From: Callorhinchus milii
Taxonomy: Eukaryota
NCBI RefSeq assembly: GCF_018977255.1
Contig: NW_024704742.1
Coordinates: forward strand, 2,420,001 to 2,484,000
Length of the DNA stretch: 64,000 nt
Direction: 5' to 3'
The translations under genes and the position numbers were made by a program. This document shows positions 60,469 through 64,000 of the stretch, in pieces (the stretch's first letter is position 1; the number at the start of each line of letters is the position of its first letter). The notes beneath the pieces are model-generated. The model was not told the origin of the DNA and did not search any database. It saw only the letters and a program-made list of their open reading frames with translations.

Positions 60469-62989
60469 ACACAAAGGGCAAAGGGTCCTGGTCATCAATA
60501 ATAATAATAATATTCATAATAATCGTTGCATTTGATATCGCACCTTATCATGACCTCGAGAGGTCTCAAAGCGCTTCAAAGAATGAACTGATCAAGTGAT
60601 TTTCACTGTGTACTTTGTGGGCGAAATCAATGTCATTTCATGCTCTGTGCGTGTGCAGCGAACGTGAAGTGGGTTTGGTGATGACCTGGAAATTGGCTGG
60701 GTCAAGTAGGTCACCTGGGCTCAAGCACAATAAATGGAGTAAAACTGCATTATGATCACATTCACACTATAAAGAAGCATGTTATAATGCAATCACGATT
60801 CACAGTACAATCAAGGTCGCCAAACATCCAGAATAATAGCGTTTCACCCAAGGTCACAGCCAGCAATAGATTACTCTTAACAGAGACCAAGTTATTGTTC
60901 TTACTGTTGACTTTTATGCAAGTGTTATGATTTACAAGTGTTATCTAATAAAACAAAAAGCCTTTGGGGTTTCAAAGGCCATCTATATATGGTGACTCGG
61001 AGAACCATTAACATTGTAACAGACAGATATATAATTTGTTGTTTGCTCAAAGCTTTGGTAGACATTGGATTAGTGATGGGGACAAACATGCTGAATGGTA
61101 GCCTTAGGCACTTCACATTATTTATTAAACGCCTCATCTCTTGCTCTTAACATTTACAAAAAAACATTGTGTATCCCGGCAAGCAATCCATACAACAAAG
61201 TATACAAGATTTTAAATGAGTCTGAGAAAGAAAGCCCAGAACCATACTTTCGGATGTACCAAGACTACGACTACTGATGTTTATATTAGTACTTTCCAGG
61301 TCGGGAAGATATCTCAAAGTGCTTCACTGAACTGACGGTGCAACCAACCGGGAGTTGGGTGGGGAGGGGAAGCTGAGTTGAAAGGATAGGTCATCAAACC
61401 ACGCTTTAGAGGCAGGATATCCAGTCTTCAAACGATGAGGGAGGGAGGCAGAGATACCAGGATGGCTTTCCTGAGAGCAGCGGGAGGATGCTCACCTACT
61501 GACAGCTGCCACAGGCACCGGCTCGATTCTGACGTTCCATTGCCAGGCACGTCACCTTGGAGCCAGACCCAGCTTCCCTCCCCCACCCTGTCCCCACTCG
61601 GGAGGATAGTAATTGGACTTGGGAATCCCTGTGTCTAGAATGGAATACGTACTTTCTCCCTGGAGGGGCGAGTCCCGTTTACCTAATTTGGGAGGTTACG
61701 ACGTGCAAATCAGCAAGAAACAGGGCTTGAGGGCCCCAGAGCTTTTGATAAAGATGCCAAATTCCAGGCTTGGGACATCCTCCTAATGTGAAAGGTGCAG
61801 TTTCAATGTAAAGTTGTGCTGATTGCGTCCTTTTGGCAGCGTGGGTTTAGAAAACAAAATGTACATTGAAAGGAAAAGAGAGACTTTGTTTGTTGAAAAA
61901 AACAGATTATAAAGTCACCCAGGACAGAGCAAGTCACATTTCCCCTTCCTGTTCTGAAAACGTAACGTTGCCACAGCAACTGCTGCTTGCAAGACGAGCC
62001 GAGGATTGACTTTACGGGGAGAACCTGACAACTGGCAAAGCGCAGAGGGAGTGAGGATGAATAGATGTGCGGAGGATGAGTCAGAGCACCAAAATAGTGG
62101 AGCTGTAAATGAATCCGCTAATGAATACGCTTTTAAAGTAGTCAGGAATATTTGGCCAGAATCAAACCGATCAGTGTTGCTCGGTTTCTGCACACTTCTC
62201 AATTACTACCGCACTGTACTGCACGCAGCCCTCCTCGCTGCGCTGTAGTATGTGCCTGCGTTCTTTGTTCTTTTGTCAGCCTTTTTCTCTTTGCCTCGGG
62301 TCTGCCTTATGCAAAGAGAGTATCAAGACTTCACTCTCAAAAAGGAGAGGTCTCTCGACCCATAAATTTTGCAACAGTGCTGTAATGGGCTGCTTTCTTT
62401 ATATACGGCAGGGGATTGCCTTTGTCTTCTAACTCTAAGGAGTTCAGCATTTTTAAACTACGGTATAGTTATTCACCATCGGGTTGCATTTAATAAAAAT
62501 TCACAGTGTACACTTTGAACCAGAACCCCCTAGACCAGCGCAGGAAGGTAACTAAACATGAGATTGAATATTTTGTGGCATCACGGTCGTGCATTTCTTT
62601 CACGACATCTCATTTTAATGCACCTGAGAGATCCACTTCTGACACTGGAAGATAATATGTGTGAACATTTAGGACGACTGAAATATTTCACAGGCAAACC
62701 GAGCGCCATGATTGAAAGTCAGTCTTTGTTCAAATTGAGTAGTGGATAAATGGAATAGATGTGTATGGGCATGAGATTTAGGAGAGATTGATGCTCCCGT
62801 GGTGTAACAGACTAGTTATTATAACAGTAATTCCATTTTCTCTCTGATTTTCTTTCCTTGGCCCTTCTCTCATGAAAAATGATGTCACACAAAGCATCAG
62901 TCTTTCCTACCTGATCTAGGTACCTTCTTAACGATGTGCAAACAATAGTTTGCCTCTGTTTTGAACGAGTAGGATGTCGAACAACTCTC

Positions 62990-63085
62990 TCGCTGAGTTG
63001 ATAGCATTCTCGCCTCTGGGTCACACTGTTGTGGGTTCGTGCCCCACGCTGAGGCTTCAACTCATATAATCTAAGCTGACACTTG
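62990..63085 (+). mobile_element. DeuSINE tRNA-like head
   Basis: GCTGAGTTGATAGCATTCTCGCCTCTGGGTCAC...GTGGGTTCGTGCCCCAC...ATAATCTAAGCTGACAC. Confidence 0.75.
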
Positions 63086-63589
63086 ATTAGTTAATCAGGA
63101 TTATTCTTATTAACTGATCGGGATAATTTTTCTAACGGGTGCACTAAGTAAATGGAACTCCTCTGTTCAAGAAGGAGTGAATGGGGAAAACTTGGATATT
63201 ACGCAAAGTTAGTCTCACAAAAGTAATAAGCAGGACCAACAGAAAATTGCGGAAATATTTGGCAAATATTGCAGAGACATTTGACAAATCTTGCGGGAAA
63301 TTGCGGAGTGTCAATTAATGCAATGGAGGTTATATTTTTACTGCCAACCTACATTTTCCACTTGATTGATAGAAGCTAAAGATGATGAAATAACACATAA
63401 TAGAATGTGTTGCAAAAAATATGTTAATTTCTTCTTTAAGCAAAACTGGGTGGACCATTTAGGGGGGAGCGGTGATGGGGGAGACCAGAGCGGGCTCGAA
63501 GAACGGCTAAAAAACAATCAGGACCAATTAACTGACTGTGGGGCTTCAGGAGCTCAACACTACCTGCCTCTCGAGGCCCAGCACCACAT

Positions 63590-63970
63590 ACAGACACAGA
63601 GACATACACAAACACACACACACAAACACACACACAGACACACGCTCACAGACCCAGAGAGAGAGACACACACACACACACTGAGACCCAGAGAGAGAGA
63701 CACACGCTCACAGACCCAGAGAGAGACGCACTCACTCACAGACCCAGAGAGAGACACACACACACTGAGACCCAGAGAGAGACACACACGCTCACAGACC
63801 CAGAGATAGAGACACACACGCTCACAGACCCAGAGATAGAGACACACACACTCACAGACCCAGAGAGACGCACAATCTCAGAGAGAGAATCACACACATT
63901 CACAGACACGCACGCACACGCACGCACACGCACAGACACTCACAAACACACCTAGAGAGAGAGACACGTA
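63590..63970. repeat. Minisatellite (CAGACCCAGAGAGAGACACACACGCTCA-like units) with (CA)n flanks
   Basis: Repeated units with variable GA/CA tracts. Confidence 0.92.
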
Positions 63971-64000
63971 CACAGACAACCACAATAGCAGAGTCCCTGA

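Noticed and set aside
63366..63939. ORFs rich in THT/RER or VCV
   Set aside because: Translations of the terminal minisatellite

Overview
This is non-coding, repeat-rich vertebrate genomic DNA, either a large intron or an intergenic region. The repeat content points to a cartilaginous fish, most likely a holocephalan such as Callorhinchus (inference). I could not identify any host protein-coding gene. The long ORFs are LINE remnants, SINE read-throughs or simple repeats. The window is dominated by (i) a tRNA-Ala-like-headed SINE (SINE2-1_CM-like), (ii) an older tRNA-headed DeuSINE (SacSINE1/AmnSINE1-type Deu core) that shares its L2-derived 3' stem-loop tail, (iii) L2 and CR1 LINE fragments, and (iv) micro/minisatellites. 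The most notable finding is a Penelope-like (PLE) ensemble. It comprises a decayed PLE ORF (~18.3-18.7 kb) and three non-coding pLTR-type copies, two of them inverted repeats. The copy at 37.8-38.0 kb keeps an intact minimal type I hammerhead ribozyme core. Also present are a 110-bp TA-flanked Tc1/mariner-type MITE, an unclassified multi-hairpin repeat, a perfect 23-bp fold-back inside a DeuSINE, a triplicated 24-bp hairpin unit, and several CNE-like blocks. There is no CRISPR array, rRNA or bona fide tRNA gene. All calls were made by eye, and boundaries of degraded repeats are approximate.
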